A DNA stretch of 64,000 nucleotides from Phoronis australis (GCA_002633005.1 NMRA01000439.1:1-64000), one strand, 5' to 3'. Counted from the first letter of the stretch, positions 1 through 15,500 are shown. The notes: generated by a model not told the origin, from the sequence alone. A program made the numbers and translations.

Positions 1-283
1 TGATTTTTTGTTTGTATAGCTCTGAAACACACTCTCTCAATCATACGTACTTACGCCTCAGCAGGCGCACACTTATTAACGTAACTAGCTGCATGGCATT
101 GGAAATCGGCAATGACTGATGCAAGTATACTATCACATGAATACGTCAAAAATCATAAACTGACCGCAATCCTGATCACTATCATATATATAGTGTACAT
201 CCAATCCTGAAGAAGCGTTAGCGACTCACTCGACAGGAATATTTTGCCTTAACAAAGGTTGAAAGATGCAAAATTGTTCTCAC

Positions 284-930
284 CTAAGGCCCACTTAAAT
301 GCCGTCAATGCATTTTCGTCTTCATTATCCTCAAAGTTATTGGCAGACCAAGATAATGTGACTTCGGTGTGCCCTACAGATGGCGTAAACGTCTGGCTCG
401 TTGTCGGTGGAGTTTGATCTATGATGAATTTTCCAATAGCTTCAATAGATTCTAAGCCAACTTTGTTGATAGCCTTCACCATAACATACACTTGGGATGC
501 TTGCCCGAATCCAGTGTGAAGCTTCTTAAAGTGTGTTTTCATTTGGGTTGACTGATACCCAACAATGTCCGGTACTGCTTTCTTGTCGACAGCAGATGCG
601 AATCCTATTTCATAATCGAGAATTTGACTCTCAGATTCATTAAATTTCCATGACAGCTCTAAAGTGTCTTTGTGGTGATAAATTGGTGTTTGTCCATTAG
701 TTTTTATACCCAGAGGAACAGTGTAACTGACGAATACTGGAGCTGTTGTGTCAACGATAACACCATCACTGCAAGATGGTACCGATGGCGTAATGGCGTT
801 GTTAATGGCGATTACACTAACGAAATAACGCGTTAGATTGGTTGTTAGTGTGCCTGTGGTGTTGGCAGTTGTCTTTGTTCCGTTAGCATAGAGTTCATCG
901 GTTGTCCAACATCGGTCAGCCACTGCGTAC
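284..930 (-). CDS. Internal exon, Fn3-like repeats (YAVADRC...CSDGVIVDTTAP...ESESQILDYEIG...VKAINKVGL...FKWAL)
   Basis: 647 nt; phase 2-1; donor GTGAGA at 283; ORF 249..1013. Confidence 0.9.
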
Positions 931-3452
931 CTGCATAGATAAAAAGTTAGTCTGCGGGATGCAGTGCTAGTCATCCGAAAACTGGCGACCACAACCTGTC
1001 TATTAAATATCAAGAATACCGCAAGTGAAACTGAAATTAGTACTTTGGGGGGACACTGCAGCAGTCGGACCTATCTAATATGGCAGATGGGAAGGCTCAG
1101 TGTTATCAAAGAGAATACTAAGCAAAACATAACCGCTAGGTTTGCACAGGACAAGTCGGAACTGTCTGAACATGTCCGCGTGTTGCTCCGTTCTGGATAA
1201 AATGCAATCTGCCAAAACGCAGCGCACCGCAAACGGTATGCGCCTAGGGGCATTTATTAGTATCATAAAAATGACCACTAGGTCAGGCAGAACATGTCGA
1301 GACCTTTCAAAAATAGGAAACCGTCCCCAACGCAAGTCTAACTGCCAAATTTCATGAAAATCTGTTTAGGAACTCCGAACACATAGATGCAACGGTAAAA
1401 GTAAAATTTCACTACAAGGCGCAGCGGTGGATATAAAATAAGTGCAATTGGGGAAGGCCACAGTAGTCGTATTCGTCCAAAAATCAACCAGTCGTGTTGC
1501 TGAAAGAAGGAAAACGTCTGTCAATTTGCCTAATGATGGCGGACAGATGCCCTGACTTCAAATACAGATTCGAAAAGAATAACACAGGAAACGCGATGCG
1601 TTGATATGAGTCTTGACATCTAAAAAAGGAAAGATGTCGTCGTCAAGGAACTCCAAAGAAACGAAAAGTGTACGTAAAATACTATAATTGCCACAAGAGG
1701 GCACATTAGCGGTAGCCGGATAAGTGAGATCGTTGTCGTCATCCGTCTTAACACCATATCTGCTAATTTTCATGAACTTGTCAACCATTTTGATAATAAT
1801 TGTCGAACATTGAAAACGTATTCAAACACTAAAATTGCTAACAGGGGATATTAAGGTAACCGATCCGTGCGAAAAGCGACTGAAGTTGACTACTTAATTC
1901 TTATATCAAATAAAATATTTTTTAATTAAACTAGTCTGTTTTTTGCCAGTGTATTTCCTTACAAATTCAAAACTAAGGTTCTGCGAAAATACAAACTTGT
2001 AATATCTTATTCCACTTTCGTAGTCCGCAAATCCGAGCCAAGATCCGACCACAGAGTTATCACTTTTGTAATCGACGTCTGTCTGTCCATGACTTCCGTC
2101 CCACACTGTGCCGTTCATTGGAGGTGAGTTGTCCGCGTGAACCTTTAACTCAAACTTCTTGACTAATCTCGCCTCGTTTTCGACCTCAATTTCAAAAAAG
2201 TAGTCCCGGTTGTGCATGCCAATGTGGGTATTAGCTGCGACTATTGGATTCAAGTCGAGGGCGTAAGTTGACATCTCACAAGGCCCAATGGAAGGACAGT
2301 AACACGGAGCTCCTCCTACGGGACAAAGCTCCTGGAAAACAGAACAAAACAATGCATCCTTTCATCATTCATGGATACCTAAAATTCGCATATTGCAATT
2401 ACTTTTTTACTTCAACTATGCTTGTTGGTATTCTTGACTTTTGGGTGTTGCTTTGTGGTGATTTGTCAATTAGTCTGTTTGTAGCTATCTCTTCTCAACT
2501 ACATGTTCTTGCGTTTCATTTCACAAATGTACAGCATTTTTGATTCCCAACTTGAATTTAATTTTTTTCTGTTTACGAAACTGTACATTCAAGTAATGCA
2601 CACTTACCATAGAATAAAAAGTTCTGACTTATTACTCACGCCAGTTCCTAGATGAACAACAGGTATAGCACCTTCTCCGTGTTCCTTTGAACCACCTGTT
2701 GAGACCCCCAAACGATAGTAGACCCGTCTAACGCCGCTGTGTGTGTCCCAGGCCTTAAACACGAGAGCCATCGTGTGGAGTTCGTAAGAATCGTGCACGT
2801 ACACTTGAGAATGACCATCCTTCACAAGCCACATGTCCGTCAGTTCCGCAGGAGATGAATCAAAATGAATAATTCTGCTGTCGGATGTTTTGTTGCCCAT
2901 TATATCTGTTGCCCGAATCCAGACCTGTCAGGAAAGAATGTTGGACAATAATGTTATTTCGAAAACTCTGCCCAGCATGCGAACGCGGGAGGGAATGATG
3001 ATGCACTATTTAGTGAAAAGAATACTGAACCATATTTTAGTGATTTCAACCACCGAGTGTCTAGGCTCTGTGCCAAATTTCATTGACACCCGGTTCTCTG
3101 GATGTCTTCCGAAAACACTCCTCTCCCGAACAATACTGAAAAGCCCACCCATACGCAATTCTTGTGCTGATCTAAACCCTTGTGTCAAATTTTATTAAAA
3201 TCCACAAAATGTTTTTGAGATACCGAGCAGACAATTGGGCAACAGGACAACTAGACAAAATGGTCACTTGGAGAAGCTGCAGTAGTTGGAATTACCTGAA
3301 AATCTATTGGTGCCGGCGCCATTCTGTCACATACCGTATCTCTGCTTCAAGTCAGTTAATTGAAATCCATTCATTGATTCTATGTAGATATACATAGACA
3401 TAGACATAGACATACACAAACACACACAGGCGCGCGCGCACGGACGCACACA

Positions 3453-3507
<55 letters not shown>

Positions 3508-6500
3508 TCAGGTGTACCAATACTGTAGTCACACGCTAATTGCAACCAAAAGAGCCAATCCACAGCGATGTTTAATTGTTCCCAGTGGTAGGAGTTTATT
3601 GTGAGAATTCATTTTAGTTACGGTTCTCGTGTCTATTTCCCATGAAATTGGGGATTTTTTAAATACAACCATGCATATTTATATATCCGCTGAAACGTTC
3701 CCTTCTATTCGTCAACGCCAGGCCCTGTGTGTAGGAAACTCCGGTATTAGTCAAACTTAGTCAAACCTTGTGCGTATCGCCGTCTTCCGGCGTGACAACT
3801 TGTGAGCCAAGAGTGACGGACTGTTGTAACCACGTGGTCACTTTGGTCCAGGAGGAGGGCTCCGACGTTGTGGTGGCATTCGTTCCAATGGGGGTTAACT
3901 CTTCGATGTGATATTCAAAATCCAAGATACCTGAAACGTTAAATTTTAGTATCGCAATCACACTTATCATTATTGGTGTTGAAGATTTAGAAACATTGTC
4001 ATATCGAATATCCAGTATGCTTTCTGCTTACATCGTGGTACTTGAATATCACTGTAATGGTCGTGAGAAAGCAAAAAGACAACGCAAGTTTGAAATAATT
4101 CGATTTTGAAGTTTTACAAGATATGGAAACTATTGCTGTTTCTGTAGTTTCAGAGGTTGATACTTCTTCAAGAAGAGCTTCATTTTAACGCGTTTGAATA
4201 TTACAGCCTATTTGATATAAGTCACATCGTGAGCACACAACGGAATTGCTAACAACCTGGAGTGAGCCAAGTTCAGTTTGCAGTTTTCCGCCTTGTTCTC
4301 GCTTAGCAACATACTTGGCGTAATCCACTTGAAACACGCAAAGATGGCCACCATTTGTGCCAATTTAGTTTGGGCATTTGGCAGGTTTATTCGATAAAAT
4401 ACTGCGTGATGGCAAAATTACACCGTGTAACCGGATTAGATAGCGCTGCTAAGGAGGGCGTCGGAAACTGTGAACACTTTGATCGTCATTCATTTTTAGC
4501 TCCAGTTCATTGCAAAAGATTGCAGAAGGGTGATTTTTCGAAGAACTTAGAACGCTTAGGTTCACCGCAGACGGATAGGTACGAGCTTGCAGTCTCTTTC
4601 AGAAGAACTATAGCCCAGCTCATAAATTAGTTGGATGCGAGGCAAAATGTTAACTGGCATGTAAACCGTGTTCGCAGTAAATACGGAAAATGTGGTACAC
4701 ACAGATAAAATGGTCACGCGAGGTACATATGTTGTCAGGTGAGGCAACGGTTATTTTTCATCGGTTGTCGAAGGTCAACGACTAAGTAACTGCGTAACAC
4801 ACTTTGCACGCACATTATGACAATTTGAGGCCATGCATGAGCTGAGGTGTCTACCTCAAGTGAACCATAGGTGAGCTGCCAGCTCAAACAAGGAAAATGG
4901 GTTGCGAGACGTATAAGCATCGGGTAGGCTTCACGATCAGCTGAACAATTGGTATATTCAGATGATTGTTTAACATCAGGGATTTTTTTCAGAATAAACA
5001 AGAGCAGAGTGAAATCAAGTAAAAATTTATGACCAATTTTCTCCATGCCAATGTCCTCTTTTGACTTAGAGAAGTAGATTATTTATTCTATTATCCGCCA
5101 GGAGGCCACTCCATTAAATTATTGGGAGGTGTTTGACTACATGGTTGGTTTCTCTTTTTTCTTTCTCTCAATTTATTTCTTCAAAAGTTACGTCATATTT
5201 TCATTTGCATGTACGAGTCTTAATACATTTTATTTTTTCAATCCATGGCCTTCGATCATGAAATACAACATCTGTCAGGTTTTACCAGTGACTTCGAAGA
5301 GGTGTTGGATGGAATCTCATACGATGCGATGTTGTCCAAATGCTGATAGAGGCCATTTCCATTACTTTACCTTCGACATTGTCCGTTCCACCTCGTGGTA
5401 GATCACCGGATATTTGATCGTAGGCGTCCACATAGTATGACGTCTCCTTTTCAACTGGTCTGAGCGGTCCGTGTTGCCTATGGTAATCGTTGTAAAAGTA
5501 GTTCGTCCATGAGAGCTGAAAAACGTAAAATGTAAAATGTAAGTAAAATGTACACTTTGGACTTAACAAAAGCATGGCAAATTTAACCAATATAAGAATA
5601 TGCTGTTCGTCGAGGACAAATTTGTGGGCTACACACGTCAGTCCGTTAAAATGGCGCAAAATTATTTATTAATTTTGTATTGTTAGCTTCCTTTTACACA
5701 ATAGCTCGGTGCATCTAATTGAAAACGTTTCTAAAATGTCTGATATTGGGAACTCAAACATTCGACTTACTTTGACAGATCCTAAATTTGTTTGCCAAAG
5801 ATATCCTGTCACTTGTGTCGCAGACGTAAAACGGAAATGCTTGGTACTGTCGATGAGTAACTGTGAACTTGAGTCGTACAAAACATACGATCTTGCCTGT
5901 CGGACATTCAAAGCATTGTCAACGACCGTTAGATCTATGGCGTAAAATTGAGGCTGAGCCGGAAGAGTGATTTGTTTTGACGTAGTAGAGATGGGCAAAG
6001 TAATAGGTCCAACGCGCTTAGCAGCAAACACCATTCCGACAGTTGACGTGGAGCTTTCCGCAATTTCATAAACGTTGATAATGAATTCCTTAAGCCCCGA
6101 AGGGTTTGTTCCGATATCCTGCCAGCCCCGGAAGTCGAGATCTAGTGTTCCTGTTTTGCGAATTCTGTCCCCAAACGTCATGTATTCAGTTGGCGAATTG
6201 CACTTGTTTCCGCCACTATCGCGGGAACAATGTGACCCTTTTGTAAAATCCATGCGCATGCAGACGGTGTTTGTACTCGGGACATCGTTGTGCTTCTGCG
6301 TCTTTTCGAATTTGTTCGTGTTTGGATCACCGTAATGGGTATAACCACCTGACACCACTTTGTAATCTGCACACAGCCTGTTGGCGAAAAGAGATTCTCT
6401 TGGTTTGATTACTGTTTAAAATAAATATTGTTCGTGAACTTATTCTTCGATTCGGTTTTGACGTGATGGCACCACTGAGATTATTCTGTATCTGAATCAA

Positions 6501-9500
6501 AATATATATCATTTTTGCAATAATATAAACCTATTGCTGCATAATTACGGTTATTTTTGATTTTCGTATTATACTACAGCACATTTCAAAGTTGAAAGTG
6601 CATCGAAAGGTGCATTGACCAAAGTCACGTGTTGATGTGGCACGTGCAGTATGACTTACTTGTCGCCGTCAACAAATGACGTGTAAGAGAGAGACTTATC
6701 AATGTCACATTGTATTTGGTCCTTGGGCTGCCCAGTACCGTCGCCATAGGGTCCTGAAGGATTACAGGAACCATCCCCTGGCATGTTGTACGTAACAATG
6801 TCTACGTTGGAACCTGCACGAAGGATGTTCAACAATATGACAAATAAGGAAGAGCAAAACGGACGCTGTGCTTCTAGGGGTGTTTATTTGTATCATAAAA
6901 ATAGCCCTTAGATGGCTCTGAATACCTTGAACCCATCCAAAATTGGGAAAGTGTCGTCGTCTCTCAAAATTATTTTCCAAATTTCATGAAAATCCGCAAA
7001 GAGCTCTAAAGATACAAAAGCATGCAAAGGTACAAAAACTGCCATTAGGAACCACAGCAGTAGTCGAATCCTCCCATCTGCTATCAAGTTAATAGGAATA
7101 CAGTTGCAAAATTTCAAAAACATCTTGCAAGAGTTTAGGAGATACAGGCGTAGGCGCAACAAAATGTCACGAGGGAGCACCACATTAGCTGGACCCATTT
7201 AAAAATCCACGTCAGTCATGCTCTGTCAGTACCCTTGTCACTAGGAACACATCTGCCAATTTCCATAATGATCCTCTGCGCCGTTTGGCAGATACAGAAA
7301 CAGACGACAAAAATTGTCTAAAAATAATTAAAATGGCCACAAGTTGGAGCAGAATACGTCAAATCCATCACAAAATGGAAAGGTGCTGCCATCTTCATAA
7401 TAGAAATTTATTTGACAAATTACATGAAAGAGCATGAGAACTCTGAAGCTACAGAGGCAAATACAAAAAATATAATTGCCATTAGGGGTGTCAGAGTAGT
7501 TGAATACATTCGAAAATTAACGTCAGCCTCGGTCTTCTGATAATGAACACATCTCCAAATTTTAATGATGATCCTTCAAGCAGTTTGGTGGATGGAGAAG
7601 GTGGTGTCAAAAACCTACTCAAAAAATTTTAAATGACACTGAGTGGTCAGAATATGTGAAATGAGCCCAAAAATGAGAAGGCGTCGTTTTTTCTTAATAA
7701 ATTTAAACCTATTTGCAATATTTCGTGGTAATAAAAGCATTGAATATATCCAAACACGTGAATCTGTCGACTCTTTAATAGAAACCTATTTATTAAATTT
7801 CATAAATATCTGCCAAGGAGTTTCAAAGATACAGAGGGCAACGAAACAAATGCTGCTAGGGGGCACAGTGGTACTCGAGTGTGTCCACATGTCGTCGTTG
7901 TCCATTGTCAACTTCATATAAACACACTTGCTAAATTCAATAAATATCCTGCAGAGGGTTTGGGAGGTACAGCCATAGACGCAAAAAACTCTCACTAGGA
8001 GGCCCCACAGTAGTCCGAGCCGTTCAAAATTCATCGTCAGCCGTCCTCTTCACAGTAGAAACTTAAGCGGCAATTTTCAAAATCATCTTTAGAGTCTTTG
8101 GTTGAGAGAGGGGCCAACAACAAAAACAGATTAGAAAACAGTGAAAATGGCCACTAGACGGCACAAAATACGTCGAATCCATCCGAAAACAGAAACATGC
8201 TATAGTTATAATAATATAAAGGTAGTTGCCAAATTCTATAAAAATTTGTCCAGGAATTTCAGAGAAACAGAACCCAACAGAAAAATTGAAATTGCCACTA
8301 GTGGGCACAGCTTTCGTAGTATCCATCTGAAAGTCGTCGTTGTTCGTTGTCAACTTCATACAAATACACTTGCTAATTTAAAAAAAAGATTCTGCAGAGG
8401 GTTTAGGAGATGCAGCCATGGGCGTCAAAAACAGAACTGCCACTGGGAGGCGCAACAGTAGTCGAAGTCGCAGGAAAGTCTTCTTCACCCGTCCTCTTTA
8501 CAGTAGGAACATATTATATGCCAATTCACAATCATCCTTAGAGTAGATTGGTTGACAGAGGGACGGACGCCAAAAAACAAACTTGGAAAAGGAAAAATGG
8601 CCATTAGGTGGAGCAAAATACTTCAAATCTGTTCGTCATCTCACTAATAGATGCCTATCTGCCAAATTTTATGAAAATCCGTTGAAGAGCTTTGAAGAAA
8701 CAGTGGTAAATGTAAAAAAACTAAAATTACCACTAGGGAGCACACCAGTTGTCCGATCCGTCCGAAAGCCGTCATCGTCCGTTGTCTACTTTATATAAGT
8801 ACTTATGTTAAATTTAATGAATATCCTGCAGAGCGTTTAGGAGATATATCCTTTGGCGCAAAAACATTCAAAACTGCCACTAGGAGGCGCCACAATAGTT
8901 GAAGTAGGAAAATCATTATCACAGTACCAACGTATAGGCCGATTTTCAGAACCATCCTGGTTGATAGAGGGGCGGATACCAAAAACAGACTCGAAAACAT
9001 AAAAATGGCCACTAGGTGGCGCAAAATACCTTAAATCCATCTGAAAACGATAGGGTAATGTCATATTACTAGTATTAATAGATGCCTATCTGCCAAGTTT
9101 TTTGAAAAGGACCTCGTAAGATACAGAGGAAAACGTAAAAGTAAATGTCCACTAGGAGACACACCGTTAGTCGGATCCGTTCAAAAATTTGCTCATGCCG
9201 CCCCGTCTATAAAAAGAACTTGTCTTCAAATTTTCATGAACATGTATTGAAATTTTTGGGAGATAGAGAAGCGGACGCCGGACGGACGGACGGACGGACG
9301 GACGGACTGACGGACGGACGGACGGACGGACGGACGGACGGACAGACGGGTATGACGACGTAATGTGCCCAAGTATAAATATGTGGGCACTTAATAATTA
9401 GAGTTCCAGTCTATTACTAGAAGAAATGATGCGGGCGGTTGATAAATATTTCTTCTTTATGGCCAATTCGTCTCATTCAAGACTTTGGTCACTTACAAGT

Positions 9501-12500
9501 CCAGATAATCTCTTAAAGAAATAACTCTAGCATCAATGAGATCCGGCTAGAGTTCAGTAACGCTAGAACCTCTATAAAAGGCAAAACTTCGCGAGATTTC
9601 GTGAGATATTGCCGTGTATTTCAAATGAGAACTCGTGGTTTTGGCTATATTTTAGCTAGGTCCTGGCGTAGGTCCAAGCGTTACTGAACTCTGCCCAGCT
9701 CCCACCACGAATGAATTCTGACTTGATTCAGTCAGCTTGGTAAGCAAGCAATAAACACATGTCAACAAATATTACTTACTTCGTTGCGTGGCAATTTTTT
9801 CTTACCTGAAGGAACTTTATAGAGCTTCACGGAACTCTTCGTAATTCCATACTTGAAGTCTCTTACGTAAGCAAGTTTTGTGTAGGTCGGGTGCTGGAAA
9901 TGAGCCTCCAGGTCTATCTTGAAAGTGGCTGGTACAAATTTTATCCATTCATCACCTTCTTTGTTGCAGCTTGTGGAACCTGACTCAGTGGGTTGGCTCT
10001 GACGGCGTTCTCCACCTGAACTGATGACGGTGAACTTGCACAAATCAATTTTCGGCTTGATTGTAACTGAAAAACAGGTCCCCTTCCTTAATGGCTGTGG
10101 GTAGAGAATACGAAACGACAACCACACACGAGGTGTCTAGAGCACAAGTCAGCACGGTTTTATTTTGCTTTTGAAAGAATGCTTATTCTTGAGATAAGCC
10201 AAAGTTTGAGTCCCCGGATGTGTTTTGATACCAGTGCATGTATGTTTAGCAATTACGGCTGTGTTGGACCTTATCGACAAGACTACATTTATCTAAACAT
10301 CTACAAAACTTAAGAATTTAACTCAGCAAAAAAAATTTATAAATTTCTGAAAGTAAAAATTCCGTAGAATTTGATTTTTGATTTTATACCAATTTGACAT
10401 AGGACACATGATCAAGCTTTTTTAATAAAACTTAATGAAAAGGAAAGCTAAATTCACAGCAAAATATAGCCTGCCGTGTAAAAGTGGAACATTTTAAAAT
10501 CAATTTTTAACAGCGTTATAGAGAACAGTGTTAAAAGCATAGCACCTGAAAATTTCAAGTGAATCCGACGAGTCGTTTTTAATATAATGAAGTTTTGAGT
10601 TTAGCCGACATTATTCTGGGGTCCTATATAATCTTAAACAACTAGTATCGATCAAAATGTGTTGAGAGAGATGTTTCTTTTGTGTACCACATGTGTGCCT
10701 CTTAGGTTCATTAATGGCAAGCTACCGGTAGGTATCCCTATGAGTAGTCCATTAGACCCAATTTTGTTAATTGTATTATTATCGAATTTGACGTTGTCAT
10801 CCGATTGAATCGTATGATTCAATCGGATGACAACGTCAAAGTAGATTTCCCATTAGAAGAGAAACTTCGCTTTTACCGAAGTTCAGATAAGTGGGAAAGG
10901 TTAACTCAGACAGTTAATTTTCGGTACTAACCGAAGCTTCGGTGTATTGGGAACACTAAAAGTGAAGCGTCATCGAATTTATCGGTATAAGTCGCTGCAA
11001 CGATATACGATCACGCAATACTCGCAAAACCTGTTCTTTGTTGTTGCAGCGTAGCCGACGTGCATATTTGATGAAGAATGGCAATGGTGATTTTCATAAA
11101 CACTCATAAATGGCAGGCACAAAAATTTCAGTTAGCCTAAAACCCACCAGATCGTTAGAGAGTATAAATGAACTAAGTCGTCGTCTGTTGTCATAGCAAT
11201 AACTGTCTGGGTTATGTCTGTGCTATGTAGACCACTGATGTATTCATTGGGCCACGCATGACTGAATGTTTTAAAGTTGAGTTATTGAGAATAGGTCAGT
11301 GTTCAAAGGTGTGCCTCAGAAGTCAGTTAACAAAACAATCCCTTTTCTTGATTTTCTTATCGGCATGAGTAGCAATGACCAATATAATCTGTCTATTGCA
11401 AAATCCACAGCTATCACATATCTGGTCTGGTATGTTTGGATATTTGAGAGGGGCTTATAATGAACATGTATGTTCCGACGTTAATACTTTTCAATGATGG
11501 AGTGAGTAAATACACGAAACGTACCGAGAGTGGCGTACATGAAGTACTTCATCTACGCCAATCGAGGTCTGTTTTGTATTTATCCCATACGCTTCAAATT
11601 CCTTAAGTTTCTTTCATTTTTCTGCAGATTTTTTAAATACTTCACTCTGTTCAAGTGGCGGATCACATCCTGTATGTCTGTACTTGCGCGTTAGGCTGTA
11701 AGTTTTCTCTTGTAAAAGAAACAGTTTTAAATGTGACGATTTAGTACTTGAAAAGAGATACCAAAGATGAAAAATGGTAATTTTTCATTGAAATTGTAAC
11801 ATCTCCTGAATATAGTTAAATATTTGATACTGTAGTAACCGAGGAATCGGCGCCTGAGTTGCAGACGATAAAATATTTATCAAATGAAAACTGAGACAGA
11901 ACTGACATATAACCAACAGTCCTGTTCCAGATGTTACGACTGAGACCTGATTGTATGTTGATCCTTATTTACAGTGTTATAATTGTATTACTTTAAACTA
12001 TTTTCCGAAAGTTTGGTTGTCGAGTCGACATTGGCCTACCTTTGAACTTTCTATGTCACAGGTCACTGTTGATGTAGTGCGCGAGGTGAATACGGAAAAC
12101 TTTATTACACGGTCGTATTTCCATTGACAGGATTCAACACGTATGGGATAAAGTCAAATAACTGCTTGGTAACAATCGCTTTATTGACTGTCTTGTCAAA
12201 ACATTCATAAGCCTTCTACAGCTAAGGTGGAGTCACATGATGTAAAACTTGACTTGACTTTCTAAAATCGCTCTGAGGTGGTGGCGTGTTACAACTATTA
12301 TTCAAATCTCGTGACCCAAGGCCTTGGACAAAAAATCACGCCATTATGAGTGTACTACATATTCGTGCTCGTTTTTATAAGAACGCAGGAACACCTGACG
12401 ATGGCTGGAGAATAGACCGACCGAAACGTCGTGACAGTGTAAATAGACAAGAGGTCGGTGTAAATAGACCAAGAAATTTTAATAATAGTTGTACAACTTG

Positions 12501-15500
12501 TGTAGTTTTGCAATCAGTTCCATAGCAATTATCGCCAAGACGAATATGTCTTACGTGGGATTTTGAATAACAACAAAATGTCACGCGGTTTTTAGGACAA
12601 ATCAAAGATATAGAGTAAATCTAGGAAATGAAGTAGTTTTGTGATGAAGAATAGCATGTACATAAAAAGCACTCTCTAGCTCAGGTTGGCTTCATGTATC
12701 AATTTCCCGGCACTTTCCATGGTAATAACCATCTCATCCCTAACTCCTGCACGCGGATATAAGAACCCTTTTTGAATCTTCACAGCCGAGATTGTTCAGC
12801 CGCAGTGCACTTGTGTTAGGTAAAAAACTTTCAAAAATTTTCTCGTCGATGGAAGACTCACCGCTATAGCTCTCGTATTTCAAGTTGGTTCCTGGCCTTG
12901 CGTGATTGTCTCACTCACGCTTCTTCAGGGTCATCTCATCAGTTTAGATTGACGCGTCCTCTTGTAGTGGCACGCGTTCTCCAAAAGTTGCCCAATATTC
13001 ATTTCAAAAACCGGAAGATCAGGTTCATGTGTTTGTGTTCTTATTGGTTTTGCAATGAACATTGGTCACCTTTGCATTGTGTGCCAATACAAAAGTGTGT
13101 TTCGTTCCCACCTTGTGAGAGGGCCCTACGAAAGCTGGAATCGGCAGAAGCCAGAGTTTTGTTCATCAGCACTTACGATACCATATACATAAGTATACAT
13201 TAATTGTTAAGATTCGTCAAATGTTATTGCAAGGTGGAATCGATGCACGCGTTACTTACGATCACACTTCGCATTCCCAATAGATGTAAATCCTTGTGCG
13301 CAGGAACACGAGCTTGGGTAGCCATCGCTGCATGCACCAGGGAAACAGAAGTTTTGAAGCCAAGAGCAGCGAGCTGAAATAATGATCACAAGAGCGTAGT
13401 TTACAAAGTGTGTATTGCAGTTTGCATGGGCGGCGTACCATTGGGCCTCGGGGGTGGGGCTATAGTTCCCACTTTTTCTAGTGCTGCACCACCCATGGTC
13501 TATGGGTGGCGCACCACAGGGGGAGGGTGGCAATAGCCCCCACTTTTTTCAGTGCTGCGTCGCCCGTGGTTTGTCGTTCAGCGTTGGCACGATACAGATG
13601 TGAAGGGCATGATTGTAAAAGTACGACAAATGTGGTTAGGGTCGGGTAACAACGAGCACAGACGAGTAGCTGCGTTCTGAATTGTCGAACTCAAGTGAAC
13701 TGCATGGCTCAGTTAACCTGGTACTTGCGATCGTAGCAAACGGCGTAAATTTTGTTCACACGGCTGGAATGAGCCAACGAGAGAGATTTGTTGTTGTCAC
13801 TTGTCAGGTGATGCAATACCGATTTTTTTCAGTGGCTGACTAAAATACGTCATAAACAGATTCACTAGTACCAATGGCCTCCAACAAAACTGGGTTTTTG
13901 GGAACCAGAAAATCCTAATCCAAATTATTTTTTAATGTTCTCATCTACATAATACTGTATTCTTACGAAATCGAGCGCCTTGCACGAATCACATTCTTTC
14001 TCAAATGCGACAGAAGTCTCGCCATTTGTCGCCTGATCTGCCTGTTCTTCTGTTTTGGTCTATTTTAGGTTTCATTGTCCTAACGGAAGATTATGCCCAC
14101 GCATCGTTGGCCACTGAGTGACAGGAACGTTGAAAATGACACAAAAACTTATTTTGTGAATTTTCAAAGGTTAGAGAAGTGAACGATTAGTTAACCTGGC
14201 CGGCGCGTTGTCACAGTGTTGACCTCTAACAAGCGGCAGGTCGTTCATGACTCAGTGCGCTCAAACTGAGGAAAATGAATCATTTCTGCTAAGGCTTGGT
14301 GAGCGATATGAGTAAAATAATAATTATACGCTTATAGCTATGTAGTAGGCCTAAATGGAGACGCATGGCAAACACCTACCTTTCAGTGCAAATTGTAAAC
14401 AGAGAAATCAAACTTTGTTTGATCCGGAAGCGAGTTGTTAGTAATGCATAGCGATATCTCGCGAAGATTTGCTTGTTCTTGGTTTCATGCGAGTGTTATT
14501 TTCTTTCATACACTCGTAGTTGGCCTTTTTCTAGTATCGTGACCAACTTACCCCACAACAGTGGAATGTACATCAATGTGGTCTGAATGTTTGTTTAGTA
14601 AAAAATCTGTTGCCACCTATCGATACAACTATACCGAAAAATGGCTGCAAGTCAATACAATGAAGTTTACTTACGATCACAAAAGGTCTTCCCGTTGTTG
14701 GGCGTGTAAGCTGTTTTGTCTTTAACCGATTGGTACTGTAAATCACATTCAATGCACTTTTTGTTTGCTGGGCCTTCGTCACATGTCATGTGCGCGCAAT
14801 TGTTGATATCAGCAACAGGACAGGCTGAAGGAAAAAAGACCTTTAAAAATAACGACACCCTTACACACATGTCTTAGACAAAAGTGCGTAACCTTGCATT
14901 TTTTCGCAGTGGGTTTCCGTTCTGGTGTTGGGTTCACTCATTAAGTTGTGTGTAACAGCTTGGAAAACACAAATAACAATACAATTCAGTGAATGATTTC
15001 GTATAATTATTTTAATTGGTGCATTTTAATTAGGACAGACCTCACTAGTGTGTATCTTTTGTCGTTTGGAAGGAACCTAAAGAAATGTTTGATTAAACCA
15101 TTGAAGTACCCTTCCCAGTAAAACTGGTGAAGTTGCCTAGTTTGCAATCGCAAAACAAACCAAGCGCAGAAAATCAAGCTGCAAATTGAATGCATGCATT
15201 ACGTCTGTGCCTACTATTCAACCTGATAATTTATACCACTCGCACAATTTTTCACTACACTCCTCATAACAAATAACTAATGTTAAGTTAAAGTGAATGG
15301 AGTGCGCCTATATTGGGAGCATCAAATGCAGACATGGTCTTATGCGTCTAATTCCGGACATAGGCGCACCTTCGAGTATTGGCGTGCGTATACAGTAACA
15401 ATTTACAAAACACGTTGGAAAACGATTCGCTTACACTCTTGAGGAGGATACAAAACTACGCAATACTTACGATCACATTTAGGAGAGTAGAATTCGGAGT

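Noticed and set aside
6860-9398. CRISPR-like regularly spaced repeats
   Set aside because: The context is eukaryotic, the 'spacers' are homologous to each other, the repeats are degenerate, and there are no cas genes
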